Assembly: GCF_037042905.1 (NCBI RefSeq)
Contig: NC_087246.1
Location: 5,768,001-5,832,000 of the forward strand
DNA length: 64,000 nt
DNA from: Lytechinus pictus
Lineage: Eukaryota
Direction: 5' to 3'
Shown in pieces: positions 14,233 to 28,800 of the stretch; positions within the stretch are counted from its first letter, which is position 1, and each line of letters opens with the position of its first letter. The translations under genes were made by a program, and so were the position numbers. The notes under the pieces were generated by a model. It saw only the letters and a program-made list of their open reading frames with translations, searched no databases and was not told where the DNA came from.

Positions 14233-14905
14233 TTGGAGGTCGTCAAAAACATGCTTGATAAGGATGGTCAGGATACATCCTTTAAAGACAACAGGCCTGG
14301 TGACAGATGGTTTGGTAATTTTCTCTCCAGGAATCCGAAACTGGTCTTCAGAAAATCCCAACCAATAGGGAAGGAGAGGGCCATAGTCACCCCTGGCCGA
14401 ATTGATAGATGGTTCTCCGAATTAGACACTTATTTGGAGGAGTGGGTGCCAGGAGTGTCCTCTTTGAAGGAAAGCGGATGTTCAATTGCGATGAAAGCGG
14501 CTTCCCATTTGGTGGGTGCAAGGGGACTAGAGTTCTAGCAGAAAAGGGATCTAAAATTGTCCATGAGGTAAGGAACTCTGACAAGAGTCAGATCACCGTC
14601 TTGGCAACCATGAATGCCATCGGAGATTTTCTTCCTCCTGTCATCATCGTCCCAGGCAGACGGACGGAGGCTTGTGGGCGATACATGACCGACGCGCACA
14701 GTGGAACATTCTTTGCGGCAACAGAGAGTGGATGGATGGATTCCAAGTCATTCTTTGCTTTTGTTGCAAAGCTCTTTCATTCATTCCTTACCCAAGAGCA
14801 GTACTCCTGATGGCTCATGGGCCTAGCACGTACCAGTCACCCGAGGATGTTGGTATTTGCAGGGAGAATGGCATCATCCTTTAATGGCTGCCTCCTAACA
14901 CACAA
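14233..14905 (+). pseudogene. pogo/Tigger-type (Tc1-mariner superfamily, DDE_1) transposase fragment
   Basis: FKDNRPGDRWFGNFLSRNPKL, RMFNCDESGF, KSQITVLATMNAIGDFLPPVII, TESGWMDSKSF and ICRENGIIL*WLPPNT spread across three frames. Confidence 0.88.
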
Positions 14906-15479
14906 TGACAATGACTATGTTAGTTCCATCAATACATTGACGGAAGGAAGATCTCTACAATAAGATCAAGAACACCATGACAGATCATGATGCAACAAAT
15001 GCAGCTGTGGCATAAAGTTTTCCACAAAAAAATCACACAAACTAAGGGAAATAATGCCTCCTTTGTGCATTGCATATATATGGATATTAGAAGGACATCT
15101 ACATGCACAATGAACAGGGAACAAAGGTAACAATGTTAAATTGTTGTTAAATGACACCAAACCGGGAAAAGACAAGAAAGCTCTCTATTGGTAACACAAA
15201 CCACACTGTTTAACTCAAAAGTGGTCCTTTTGATATTAAGGAGACATTTTGAAATGCCAGATGCACACTGCATCATAACTTTCGAACAAAATGTGTCAAC
15301 AATGCGCTGATATATCCAATCACTGTCAATTGGAAAAGAGCACTCAAAAGAACTCAAGGAACAACTGAAGTCCATAGAAAAGAAAGATTGGCAGATTTTC
15401 TTCCTGGCTATCAAAGTAATAAGACTATCGGTTAGAAAGCAGACGTACTAGGAGAAAGTGAAGGAATATTAAAAAAGGA

Positions 15480-16028
15480 GGTCCATGAAAGAATTGTCTA
15501 CCTTCTCCATCTGAGGGGGGTGAACTTGTCCATAACAGTGGAAGCCCCTATGAACATATTTGCTAGAAGCTAAGTCATCCTGCCCTGAACTACTGAAGTG
15601 TGCATGTAGGAACAAGTGTAGAAACTGCAAATATGTACGGGCGCACCAAGAATGCACTGTTTATTGTACATGGAAGAGAGATTGCAACAATGCTTTAAAG
15701 CAATGGCCAAATGTCCTGAGAGTATCAAAGGTGACAGAATAATCAAAAGTTGCTAATAGCATTCATGTATCTATCTATTGTGTGCAACAATGTTTTGATT
15801 TTTTAATTTCTATTTTTTTTTCAATTATATTGTTTCTTCGTTTTTAAGTTTGCAAGAGTCAGCAATTCTTTTTGCATAGATGAGTTTTCGTACACCTCAA
15901 TATTTCTTTACTGCTAAAAAAAATTCAGCACATAGAAATTCCTGCAAAAGATTTAGAGAATATGTAAAAAAAATAACTACTTTTGGGGGCACTCTGATCA
16001 ATATCTCAGCAGGGACCAGAATTAGACT
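15480..16028 (+). mobile_element. Academ-like DNA transposon 3' fragment (CXC-type Cys cluster and possible ...AGACTA terminus)
   Basis: LPSP...LEAKSSCPELLKCACRNKCRNCKYVRAHQECTVYCTW resembles the Cys-rich C-terminus of Academ-type transposases; CCAGAATTAGACTA at 16015-16028 resembles the foldback element's GACTA terminus. Confidence 0.55.
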
Positions 16029-16602
16029 ATTATAGGCCTATGAACCAATAAGGGTGGGTAAAGTGAACTTTTGAAGCCAGTGGGGGTCAAAGCACTGAGC
16101 CATGGCACACTGACAAAATTAGCAACGCTTGACAGAAGGTTCATCCCATTCCCTCGCGACCCTCCATGACGGAGCTGTGTATGCATACTTTCGAATTACC
16201 ATTGTTAGGAAAGCTTTGAGGAAATAACTGGTAGACAAGCATCAGAATTGTTTGCTTATAACTTGCAATAAAAAAATTCAATACATTGGATGTGTACACT
16301 ATCACAAAATGTAAATCGAACTTAATTCAAAGATAAAAAATTCTATGCGGACTCCCTATTACTATACATACAGGTCTACTAAAACTCTTAGGAATCTACG
16401 TAAATAGACAAGTCTATATCTTCAATCGATCAAATGTAGACTCTGCACGTACATGTACTACAAGTCTACATCCATCATAGATTGTCAATACATGTACCAC
16501 AAGTTTACATCTGTAAATAATATAAGATCCTGTATACTACCTGTAGAGCATTGTATTGCATAAGATTAATGTACCTGTTTCTCACATTGAAAGACTATTG
16601 AA

Positions 16603-16680
16603 CCATCATTCATTCATTCACCCATCATTCATCTATCATCCATCATTCATTTCATTCATCTATTCTTCCATCCATCCATA
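16603..16680. repeat. (CATT/CATC)n microsatellite
   Basis: Directly visible tetranucleotide repeats. Confidence 0.7.
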
Positions 16681-16843
16681 TAAACTAATCACCACTTCAT
16701 GACACCTCACTTGTATTCACTTTTCTGTCACAAATGAGAACACATTGATCAATGTTTACCATCATATTGAAAACACCTCATTTGAAGTACCATCCTCTCC
16801 AGAACTGCCTGTTTGAGTTGCTCATTTCGTCTTTGAGAGTTGA

Positions 16844-19800
16844 TCATTTCATCTCGAGAGTGTAAACATAAACTTCTCCTACAAGCCGTCCTGCCCTGTT
16901 GCTCCGAGGTGCACTGACAACCAGATGAGGTTTCTAAGAATGGCACAAGAAGTACAGAAATATATATTTAAGAAGGAATGCATATACATAAAATTTATTG
17001 ATGAACTTTCTCTGTTCATATTCTTTTGTGTCTTTCATTTACATGAATGTCAGATATTATGTCAGAACTTGGCACATTGCACAACCTTCCTATTTACGGC
17101 CATCTGGTCTTTTGGGGGCTACATTGCTCTTTGGGGTTAGGGCGGGGGGGAAGTTTGATGTGGCTTTTAGAATGCCACAATTACAATTGATGATATCATC
17201 ATCCATGTTAAAAGCTCAGGAATTTTAAATAAATGCTATAAAGAGAGCTAAAACTTTGCCACTTTGCATGAAAAATAGGAAATTTCTAGTATATCCTAAT
17301 TTCATAGCCTGAATGGGAGATTGTTTTTCTAATCTTTAACAATAATGGATTATACATGAATTCTGGCTCTGTAGCATAATTTAAATAAGCCAAACAGCAT
17401 ATTTTTAACAGAACCCAGTTTAACAGGTTCCAGTCTTAATAATAGAGAATAGCTTTACTGCAACAGCCAGGCTGAAAGTAATGGTGAATTGATGAAATAC
17501 AAAACACGAAGAGACTTTAATAAAAAAAAAATTGGTAGTTACTACAACATAGGTATCATGGAAGACAACATTGATGAACCCAGAGAAAATGAAAAAATAA
17601 GCTGTGCCAATCCCACTTGAATTCATATATGGTCTGAATTTTGAATGTCAATATTCTAAGAGAGCTAAAATTTTAAAAAATGCTGATTGTTTTTATTCTC
17701 AAGATGAGCTAAAATATATCTAGAGGTTAAAAAGCTCACTTACCTCATTAAATCTCCATGTCACTAAATTTGAACCAAATCGTGATCCACCCTAAATATT
17801 GAAGAACATAATTAATCCCTATAATAAAATCAAGCCAGTGTCAGCATTTTCCTACATCATTCAAAATTCATTATCTTTATAAATATATTTAAATATTTAA
17901 GTCAGCATTGAAAATTTTTACTTTAAATGAATCAAATTCTACAACGAAACTTAAAAAGCAATTAATTTCATTTCTATAATAGCTTACTTCCTCTGGTGGT
18001 TAGAGTATTGTTCCTAGCCTCTTTTCTCCATCATCCATAAATCATCTTTTCACAAACCTCTATCAGGGTTATAGGAGTTAACAGAATTCTTTTTTAATTC
18101 TATATTGATAGGCAAAACATTGTAAATACATGTAGAAGTGCTGAATCTTAAAGGAATCAATATGTAATAATGAGTGAATGATCACAATAATTAACCATCA
18201 TTAAATTCAATTTTATTTGGAGGGTTTAGATAAATTAGTCCTTTGTACTAAAAACTTCCAAACTTTTATTAATTTCTCATAGTTTTCTGTCTAAATCCAA
18301 ACCCGATTTCTTTCAGAAATTCCCCCTTTCCCTACATCAACATATTTTGTATATGTAGAACTTTGGATTCAAATACAAAATCAATGTCAACATGATTAGT
18401 CACAATCAATCTCAGCCTTGTAGTTTACTTAAAAACTGTAATTGCTATCAAACTTCCATAGCAAACCAAGCTCATTGATTTCAGTAAAATAGAAGGGTAG
18501 CTGTGTTTTTCAAACTTACTTCATTGCTGGATAATACAATAGAGGCCTGTGAAACAAAAAGGAAGAAAATATACATAACATATACAAATGCTTTTTTACC
18601 CAAATTAGAATCTTTATCAAACATACAAAATATCACTATCGAAATACATGTTTCATCGGAATAACTTAGCAAAGCAGTTCAGAAGTAAAATCTTTCCTGA
18701 CTAGGGCTGACTATACACTCACAATGCTGACAGAGCAAAAGTTGGTCAAAAATATAACTTGCATGTACAAATCTTAATCAAATTGAAATTTATGCCAAAA
18801 TTCACAATTTTATGATTGTTCTTGCTATACTAATCAACATCAGTCTTTTCAAAAATCCTAATAGCCAAGTCTTTTCAGGGTTCAGAGTTAATCATATGCT
18901 ACTAAAACTAACATATCATGGGCTACAGATCAAACATTACAATAGACAATTCTTAATATTGCAGGTTGATACAAGTATTTAAGCCACTACTAAAAACCAA
19001 CCTTTTCCAAAGGGCATGGTTTGATGAATGAGGGAAAATCACAAGATCTTGTTGCGTTGCCTGTGCGGAAGGTAACACCACCTTTAAAGACAAAAATGCT
19101 TCCTTCTTCAACTGCAATACAAGAAAGAAATAACAAACAATTTGTTAATTCCAATCAAATCATGATTATGGAATAGAAAAATAAATTTAGACAAGAAACA
19201 TACAATTTTTTTTTTAATCTTTGGTCCCCTTCCAAGCATTAATTTGTCTTAGTGTATCAACATATACAAATAATATACATCATCATGCCTAATAATTACA
19301 CACACACACGATACCTTTGGGACAACTCTAACATGCAAAAGGCAGTTTTTTTTTTTTTTTGCTGCTTCATAAGTAACAAGAGTATTATTCTTATGCGTGA
19401 TTTCAAGGCAGACAACTTGACACTAGCTAGTCAGTTTCATGCCAATAATGATTTTTCTACAAATGCTACCATCAATATTACTGGGCTTTATATTGCCAAG
19501 TTTTTTCAGTCAACAACAACGGTGTTCATAGAATCTACAGGCAAATGTAGATTTAGATCTTGCCCCCAAAATAGTAGAAATCAATACTCCTATAAAGCAT
19601 TCAGCTAACATCCAACATTGATTTTAATGAGTTTACAGGTAATTTTGCCTCAGTCAAATCTATTAGGACAACACAAATTTATTTGACTTTGAGGAATTGA
19701 ACTTAGAAATAAATCACATATCTAATCTGGTATTTAAAATTTCTTCGATCGAGCTAAATCTTTGACACATAGAATGTCGACTTCACAAATTTACCTTTGA

Positions 19801-22800
19801 ATAGTTCTTCACTGATATCTTGTGTCCTAAACGGTGCACCAACAATCAAATCATCTGAAATCAAACAAAACAAAAAAACTAAGATTATTCATAAATATCA
19901 CATCAATAATGGGCACCATTCAGTCTACAAAAAAATGAAAGTTGTTCATGCTTTATCACAAAACGCCATGTGCCGCAAAAACTAGTTGAGATGCAAGTTT
20001 CATAATCAGACATATAGTGAAAGTAAGTGGGATATCAAAAGAAACAATTTAGTTGACCAATAATCTAGTTGTTACTTCCAGTGCTCACAACGCATGACTA
20101 CTTCTTAAACTTATGACTAAATTCTGTGATTATATAGACTTTGGACAGGAACTGGTTGTTTCAGTAGGTAAAAAGCTTATTATGGTTGACCAGTACTAAG
20201 GTCCTGGTAATGACGACCAATGACATACCAATGCGAACTCAATAGATATGCCAAAATGTCCCTATCGAAGTATAAATTGACCTACAGAGCACATTTTGCT
20301 GCATCTAATTATATGTATGTTCAAATTCAGTGACATTCAAGATTGAATTGGGTGGATTCAATATGCTATGATTTAGGTGGAAGCTGCGACTCTAGTCTTT
20401 GAATTTGTGAGTCCAATGATTCAAGGCACAACAAAAGAGATACAGCTGAGGTGGCACAACTACAAAACAGTCACCACCTATGTGCTCCCATCATCTTTAG
20501 TTGTGTTTCTTTTCATAGACAATGTCCTGTGACAAATCTATGTATGAAAAACATGCATCCCACTGTGATCAATAAAAATAAAACAAGAAAGACTAGAGGT
20601 ATTGACAGCGGTTGCTTCACATCCACTGTAGTATCACCAGATCAGACACATCACTTACATTAGGGAAACAGCAAAAGATATACATGTAACAGCAGCCTCC
20701 ACCTAGACTCTAGACTAGGGAGTCTTGGGCCTGCTAGTTTGCATCGGAGCCTGGCACAAAAATCTTCAGACAGGAAGCAAATTTATGCCTGGCACCCTGT
20801 CTATAAAAAGGTGTTTTTTTCCTCTTAGTCGTTTCAGGTCGGGTAATGGGTGAATTTCTAGGAGCCTCTTGGTCAAATCGGGAGGGTTGGCATCTCTGCC
20901 ACTTATCTATCTGTCAACATACATTGTACCTATATGTTTATATAGATTTTTTTTTCTTCATTATATATGTAAATGTGTACCAATCCTAATTTTAATGCAG
21001 CCCTTGTCCATGGCTGCAGCACTTGTATAATCATTGAATATTTCGAACAAAAAGATAAACAATAAATATAATTAAGATGTTCTTCCTCACCTATTCCATC
21101 TCCCGTAATATCCTCAAACATAAGCTCTCCTCCAAACCTGCCATACTGTCTGTCTCCCTCATAGAGTGCTATAGGATGTAAGGAAACCATCTTAGGATGA
21201 TAACTTAGCATCCTTGTAGGACTGGAACCAGATGGACTCACATGGGTTGAGGGAGAGATGTCCAAGTTGTACAAAGTGACCTGGCCAGCATCGGTCAGCT
21301 TGACCGAAAGATCAAGAATCTCACCATCTATATCTAGAAAAGTAAGCATCAAGGATGTCAATTACGTAAAGGGGTGTGGCAAGTTGGATATTGTTCGTTG
21401 ATGTTGCTTCAATAGCCATTTTCTACATGGAGGACGCACTGAATCTAACAAAATGTAAGGAAAAGGTCAGGGTGATCACTGTAGGTAGTGAGGTAAATGA
21501 GGCTTTCCTATTCACTGGCAGAAAACTGGATTTAAACTTTGGACTTACAACTACTAATCATCTTCCTTTTTTCATATTTTGGTGCAAAAAACAGCTTTAC
21601 CTTTTGTATTTGATCCAACAGCCAGGATTAGACTGCCATTCCCGAAAGGGTCTCCAACACAAAATCCTGATCCAAACTTCTGGAAGGACTCTTGTCCTCT
21701 CAACCTGGTCAGAAGAGCTGGGGAGGACCCAGTAGAATAAACAGAGAGAGCACCAACACTCTGAACGTCGTCTGGGGAGTAGGAGCAACTGGGACTGTAA
21801 AAAAAACATATTGACAATAAAGAATAATTGCGCTTATTCCAAGGAGTTAGGAATGAAAAAAATTCAATAAAAACAGCATTATTCAGACTGGGAGCATAGA
21901 CTTAAGTTAAGTACCGGTGCTTAGTTAATAAAAGTCATATTCTTTGCTTTGCTGCATGCATGATTTCCCTGTAGCTCCCCCCCCCCCCCCATTCTATTAG
22001 TACATGTATGTCTAAGCACACATTTTAAGGTTTTAAGAGAAAAGGACATTCCTCTCCTTATAATAGGACACTGCCATATGTTCAAACAGGGTCCCTTCTG
22101 TGATTACTGCTCAAAGCAGCTAAAACAGATCTCAATTTTGTTGTGGTACCTATACATCAATTATGTTTGATTTTCTGAGAGCAGGATTACATTTGACTAA
22201 CAAATGATTGTTAGATTTCCAAATAACTAGAAAATAAAAACTCTATGACTTATAGCTATCTACTAGGACACGAAAAAAATATATGAAAAATTATTCTAGA
22301 TGAATAATCAAGTAAATCACCATGTACTTATCTTATTAAGCTTCAGCAGTAAGCTCCCATATAAAAAAAAAAAACCTACGATTTGGATATAAAGCTGTCT
22401 ACCTTAACCCTAAATGTCTACTTTTCATCTCTCCTTTGTGCTGACAAGGATGCCATGTGAAACTAATTTAATCTGAACTCACTTGGCACACATACGATAC
22501 GTTGGTTGTGAGATTAGAAGTAGGGAGTTATGACCTGGCACTGGATGAATTCTCATCTTATTACCAAACCATCCATATTCCTGAAAGAAAACAAAGAAAT
22601 AAAGACTATTTTCAACTTTTATATATCCTTGAATTTGGAATTTCATTACTGAACTGAACATATTTATTTGAATTGATATGAATCACATGATCATTTGTTT
22701 AATATACAAACCTGAAAAGTTACAGATTTTCATAAAGAATGTTGAGAAGAATGTAATTACAAATAAAGATCAAAATACAGATTCATATAAACAAAAGAAG

Positions 22801-25800
22801 GAGTGAAATAATTCCACTACAACAATAATCTGGTTGATACGTATTAGTTTTTAAGCAAGATTTCACTACTTGATATATAGAAAACATTACATTATATTGG
22901 TTCATAACTTTACCTGATCTCCTTCCAATGTGTGATTCATATCCTTCTCTGTAAGATGTACCCCAATAGAACCTGAACATAAAAGATTAATGGTCATCTT
23001 ATGGTGAACATCTTACAAATGCATACAAGTGAAATGACACATAACAAAACATGACAAATTAACAATCCAGAAAGAACTTATTTTGTTAAACAATACAAAT
23101 AGTAATATGCTAAAACTAAGATAATAATTATAGACCTAACCAATTTCTCTTTTTAATACAGGTATCCAATAACTTAACTTTAAAAAAAAAAGGAAGATGC
23201 AAAATTAATGATTTTTCTCTATATCATCTATCTTAATCAAAATCCAAGTATTTTTTCAAGACTTATCAAATAGCAAATTAGCAAACCATAAACCATCTTC
23301 ATGACATTTATACCCTTCTGTAATGAATCTTTGTTTATTGATGTAAATACTCAATAAAACATAGCAGTCACATAAAATGTCTACCCTGTATAAATAAAAC
23401 AATATTTTCATTGTTATTTCAAGATTAACACAACCATATTTAAATTTCCACCTGTATACTAGTTACTACACTCACTTTGATAGTTTTTGTCAGCATAGAG
23501 GATTGATACCATGCCTGCTTGAGAATGACCATTAGCTGGGGCAAATGGTGACCCAATCAGGAGGTCAAGATGGCCATCATTGTTGAAGTCTCCAGTGGAT
23601 AGTGAGCGACCAAAGTTGCAGTACATTAGCTATGTAATATAGATAAGTAAGAAGTGTTCATGTATGAAAAACTGCCAGTTTCAGTTTATGTTCTTTTTAA
23701 TATACCAGCAAATGTGTGGAACAGATAAGAGACTAATAAGAAATGTACATGTAAGAAGAAGCACCAAATCAACAACATAAATTAAAATGCTGAAAAAAAA
23801 AGGGAAATAGATTTATCTCGTGTTTTGCATTTACAAATAGATGTGCCTAGCATGGCTTTATAATGAAGATTGGACTGTAATAATATTTCAATAACAATAA
23901 TTCTGTCAATGCAGATTCTGATTATAAACTGAAAGTGTAACTTACTGTACATTTAATTGTGATATCTGGAGACATTGATCTTTTGCCTGTTTTAGTTCCA
24001 TAGTATACATATACTTCTCCCTGTTAAAGATATGTAGAAACACAAAAATGATACATGACATGTTGATAATAATAATGATAATGAACTTGTAGAGCACATA
24101 TCAGTCTCAAGCACTTACGTTAGATGTCAAATTGAGTTTGATTAGACCTACCTCGAAGAAACCTCCATATGTCACATTTAGTAATGAGCTCAATTCTATA
24201 GTGACCAACTCTTCTGATTAAATGGTTTCATTCTCACTGAGTTCTTTAAAGATTGACATCCCCTTTTGAGGTCTACTGGCATACACATAACTACCATTAT
24301 GGAAACGGATCCTTATAAGACTACCTGCACTAGAAAGTGAATATTGTGCGTTTCCCAACATTAAAAGCTCTATTCTTTTCGTTATATTTCATCTTGTATT
24401 CAATTATTTTGATTTTGTTTCATTCTGTTGTTGTATCATCTATCATTTACTGATTATGTACAATCAGAATTTTTCCAATAAATATAATTGAAAATACTTA
24501 GAAAGCATGAAAATTGAGAATTGTAAAAGAGAAAGCAAAAAAGGGTATAATTCTGCTTGTTAGGAAGACATCTACTTTCTTTTTTTCTTGAAAAGGATGA
24601 TAATAGACAAGATATAGTAAGTAAAGGAAGTGATGTTCTTACATGGTATGTCAGGTTTGTAGATCCAACCGATGGTGCACTAACAGCAATATCAACAAAA
24701 CCATCCAGATTAATGTCTAAGGCTACTACATCACTACCAAATCGACCGCCTTCCTGAAGAAATGGAATTAAAGAGTTGACATTTTAGAAATAACACAGGG
24801 AAATAGGAATATGTTCTATTCAATGTAATCACTCAGGTGAAAATGACAACAATCACAGACAAGACAAGATATTTACACTTTTCTAGTAAATTTGTAAAGA
24901 AAGTTCAAAAGTGTGCTTGTATTTACCTAAAAATAACCTTAAAATAATTTTCCTTCAACTATACCATCCCCCCAAAAAAAAAATGAAAGGAGGGTAGTGA
25001 TTATCAGAGGAAATACAAAAATCAAAGTGAAATTAATGAATATATAACACAATGATACATATTAACAACAAGTGGAATGCCTCTGGCCGTCTCACCTGCA
25101 TCACACGATTCAATATAGCAGCAGTGCTGATTTTGAAAACTACTACATGTATAACTCGCACAAGGTGTTCAGTGATACTTGGTTACTCTTATTTCCACGT
25201 TTTATAAACTAGACCAATACACTTTAGAGATATGATGGCAATTCAACAAATACCCCCAACGTGGCCAAAGTTCTTTGACCGTACATGACCTTTGACCTTG
25301 ATCATGTGACCTGAAACTCGCACAGGATGTTCAGTGATACTTGATTACTCTTATGTCCAAGTTTTATGAACTAGACCAACACACTTTCAAAGTTATGATG
25401 GTAATTCAACAGATACCCCCAATTCGGCCCAAAGTTCATTGACCCTAAATGACCTTTGACCTTAATCATGTGACGTGAAACTCATGCAGGATGTTCAGTG
25501 ATACTTGATTAACTTTATGTATAAGTTTCATGAACTAGGTCCATATATTTTCTAAGTTATGATGACATTTCAAAAACTTAACCTTAGGTTAAGATTTTGA
25601 TGTTGATTCCCACAACATGGTCTAAGTTCATTGACCCTAAATGACCTTTGACCTTGGTCATGTGACATGAAACTCAGGCAGGATGTTCAGTAATACTTGA
25701 TTAACCTTATGGCCAAGTTTCATGAACTAGGTCCATATACTTTCTAAGTTATGCTGTCATTTCAAAAACTTAACCTCAGGTTAAGATTTGGTGTTGACGC

Positions 25801-28800
25801 CGCCGCCGCCACCGTCGCCGTCGCCGTCGGAAAAGCGGCACCTATAGTCTCACTCTGCTATGCAGGTGAGACAAAAACTATGTCACAATGTAATTTTACA
25901 ACAGGAACCAAAACAAACTTACATGGAAACCTTGAAGGATAAGATCAGCCTGTTGATCCAAGTCATGCGATCCATTATGTAAGATCTGGTTAGTTCCATA
26001 GATGACATAGACTCGTCCAGTCTGGACCTGGCCTTCCGACCCATATCCAGGGCTTCCTAAGATCAGGTCCTCTGTTTCACTATTATTACAGGGAGATTTT
26101 GCCATGCTCCTGTATTCAATGTATATTTGTGTATAAGGGTAAGGGGTGAATGAAAAACTGAAGTCTGTGGTATTCCTTAGTATTCAGCTGTCTCCAAGGC
26201 AATAAATGGCTGATAGTCAGGTGACTCAAATAATATGAGAGAGTAAATCTGGGCAAAGACAGAGGATTTCCTCATAACTGACAGGGTACTCTCATGAGGC
26301 AAGTTGAGGGGGTGCAATGACCCCCCCCCCCCCAGTCCTTATGGGGTTAAACTATCACAAAACCCATACTTGACCTTATTGCTCTGGTCTCCAGCAATTT
26401 TAAGAATTATCAAAAGACAAGCCTTGCTTGCATAAAACTCACAAGATGCTCTAATAGGCAAGCCTAGCCCTCATCAAAGATTAAACTATCCCTACTAGAA
26501 ACAACTGCTTGACCTTATTGCCCTGTTCTCCAACATTTAAAGACAAGCCTGGCTGGCTCATAACTCACAAGGTGCTCTAATAAGGCAAGCCCAACCCCAA
26601 TCACAGATTAAACTTGCCCTACCAGAAACACATGCTTTAGCTTATTGCCCTGTCCAAATGGGAAAAATGTATAATGGATATAAAGAAACACTTAAAGACA
26701 CATCTCATACCCCGTAGAAATTACAAACCTTGGAACATTTCATCAGCATTTTCGTCCAACAAGTGGTCAGATCTGACAACTTTCCTTGATTTTGATTGGC
26801 TGAGAAGCACTTTTATCATGGTAACTGTCAGATAATACGGGACTTGTCGGATATAACATCCAACAAGTTCTTTCATGAAATGCTCCCATCATCTGAAGAA
26901 ATTCAGATGCCCATTCCCATCAAGTTTGGTTACCTCTCATAAGGAATTTCATGAATTCATCTCCTGAGATATCACATGTGGAAAATATCACAACAGCTAT
27001 ATAGAGCACTTTGGTTCAGGTGAACTACTTACCTTTCAAATACAATATTTTAAACTTGTATTTAATTACCTCTACACAAATTCAAGATATTAATGAAAAA
27101 AAATATTTGATTTGCATTCAATATTCAAATATATTATTAATAAATATGTTTGGATTCAACAGAGGTATGATTGAGAATCAAAACTGGATTAATAACAGAA
27201 GCATAACTGCCAACCATGATAGCCAAGAAATAGGAACAAATTATAAAAAATTTCCAGAAATACGAAAATTCTAATATTCAATACTTTAAAAAAAAATTAA
27301 CAGTAGGTACCCACAATTCAAAATGGCAGTTTCTTTTTCACCAAATTAGGAATATTCCTATTTAATAGGAGCAATTTGCAGGTATGCAAATGAAAGACAG
27401 ACTAATTCACCGCAAGAGAGCAAAACAAACTAGTAGAGAAGACAGAGAGATGCAATAGTTTTCAACAGACAAGAGTGAAGTGGAAGCAAACAGTAGAAAG
27501 AGCAATAAAAATAGGACAGATGCCCCAAAAAATTAAGATGAAATACAATGTAGCTTACTGCCCAAGTCTTGCATAAGGATCTCTGACATAGAAAGATGAT
27601 GTTGGTTTCTCATCATTTCTAGACCGTAGCATTGTTCTTCTTTCCTTTTCTTCAAGTCTTTCTTGAAGGGTTTTTAGCTGTTCCTGTAAATAAATTTAGT
27701 ATGATGGAACTTATAAAAAGTAATCCTTCTTGATGATTTGTAATACATATAGATTTAGTCAATCAAATCATTCAAAATATTACCAAATCAGTGTTTTCTT
27801 CCTCTTCCATCCCTCCCCTTCTTCATTTTCTCCTCTTCCTTCTCCTCCATCATCATCACCACCACCACCACTTATTCTTCCTAAATACTATCATGTTTTC
27901 CTGCCACTATCCAACACTTTTACAGTTATCAACAATGCTTTCACCATCATCACCATCGCAAGTAATCCTCATCATGGTTGAAATTATTTTGGATTTGGTC
28001 CTTTACCTTGAGAGAATCAGCAGGTGACAGATAGATGCCTCTGGTAGCAGGTGTAATCATTACATCCTTCCTACCCAAGCCATGTAGGTTGATCCTGCTC
28101 CGGAGACCTCTCAGAGGTGTCTTCAATCTCTTTGGTATTGGTTTAATTGCGTTTCGGGAACAATTAATGTAGATGGGATTATGGGGTACCTCACAAACAC
28201 TATGGATAGAAAGGGCATAAACTTCAATGATAATGTATGAATTCATGAGGATGGTTAAAAAGTGCTCTCCAATGTTGGTTTTATAAATGCACATAATAGT
28301 TTTTGTCCCCCAATCAAAATTTGTCATATTCACTTACATGTATTCCATGTTTTCTTTAATAAATGGAGAATAAACCCTTAAACACAGACTAAATCTTCTT
28401 TATGAATTTGGGCTGTTGTTTAGTCCTAAAGACATGCAAACTTATAACCATAAAGAATGAACTCTTAAAATGGTGAAGGTGCTAATTGGCATCACATAAT
28501 GCAAATATATACCAAGAACTGAACTTATCTTTGGAGTATCGTGAGCTAACCAAATTGGGTTTCAATCAATAACATTTTTATGGAATCATAATTGATCATA
28601 AGAGATCTCTTGCAAAGCATCAGTGTCATTTTGGAATTGCCATGAAAAATAACTCACTCAGTTCCATGTTCCAGCATATCAATAGTATCATGCCAAAGTC
28701 TCTGACTCCATACTGCCATATCATCAACACCTCCAAGGAAATAAGACTCAAACTCCTCCACCATAAATGGAGACTTGGATGAGTAATCCATATACAGCTA

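Noticed and set aside
21334..21446. Possible longer GPLD1 exon using the AG near 21445
   Set aside because: All three frames hit stops before 21333; the acceptor at 21333 gives the correct phase and homology.
27730..28027. Pro/His-rich ORFs
   Set aside because: These are translations of intronic (CCT/CAT/CAC)n low-complexity sequence antisense to GPLD1.
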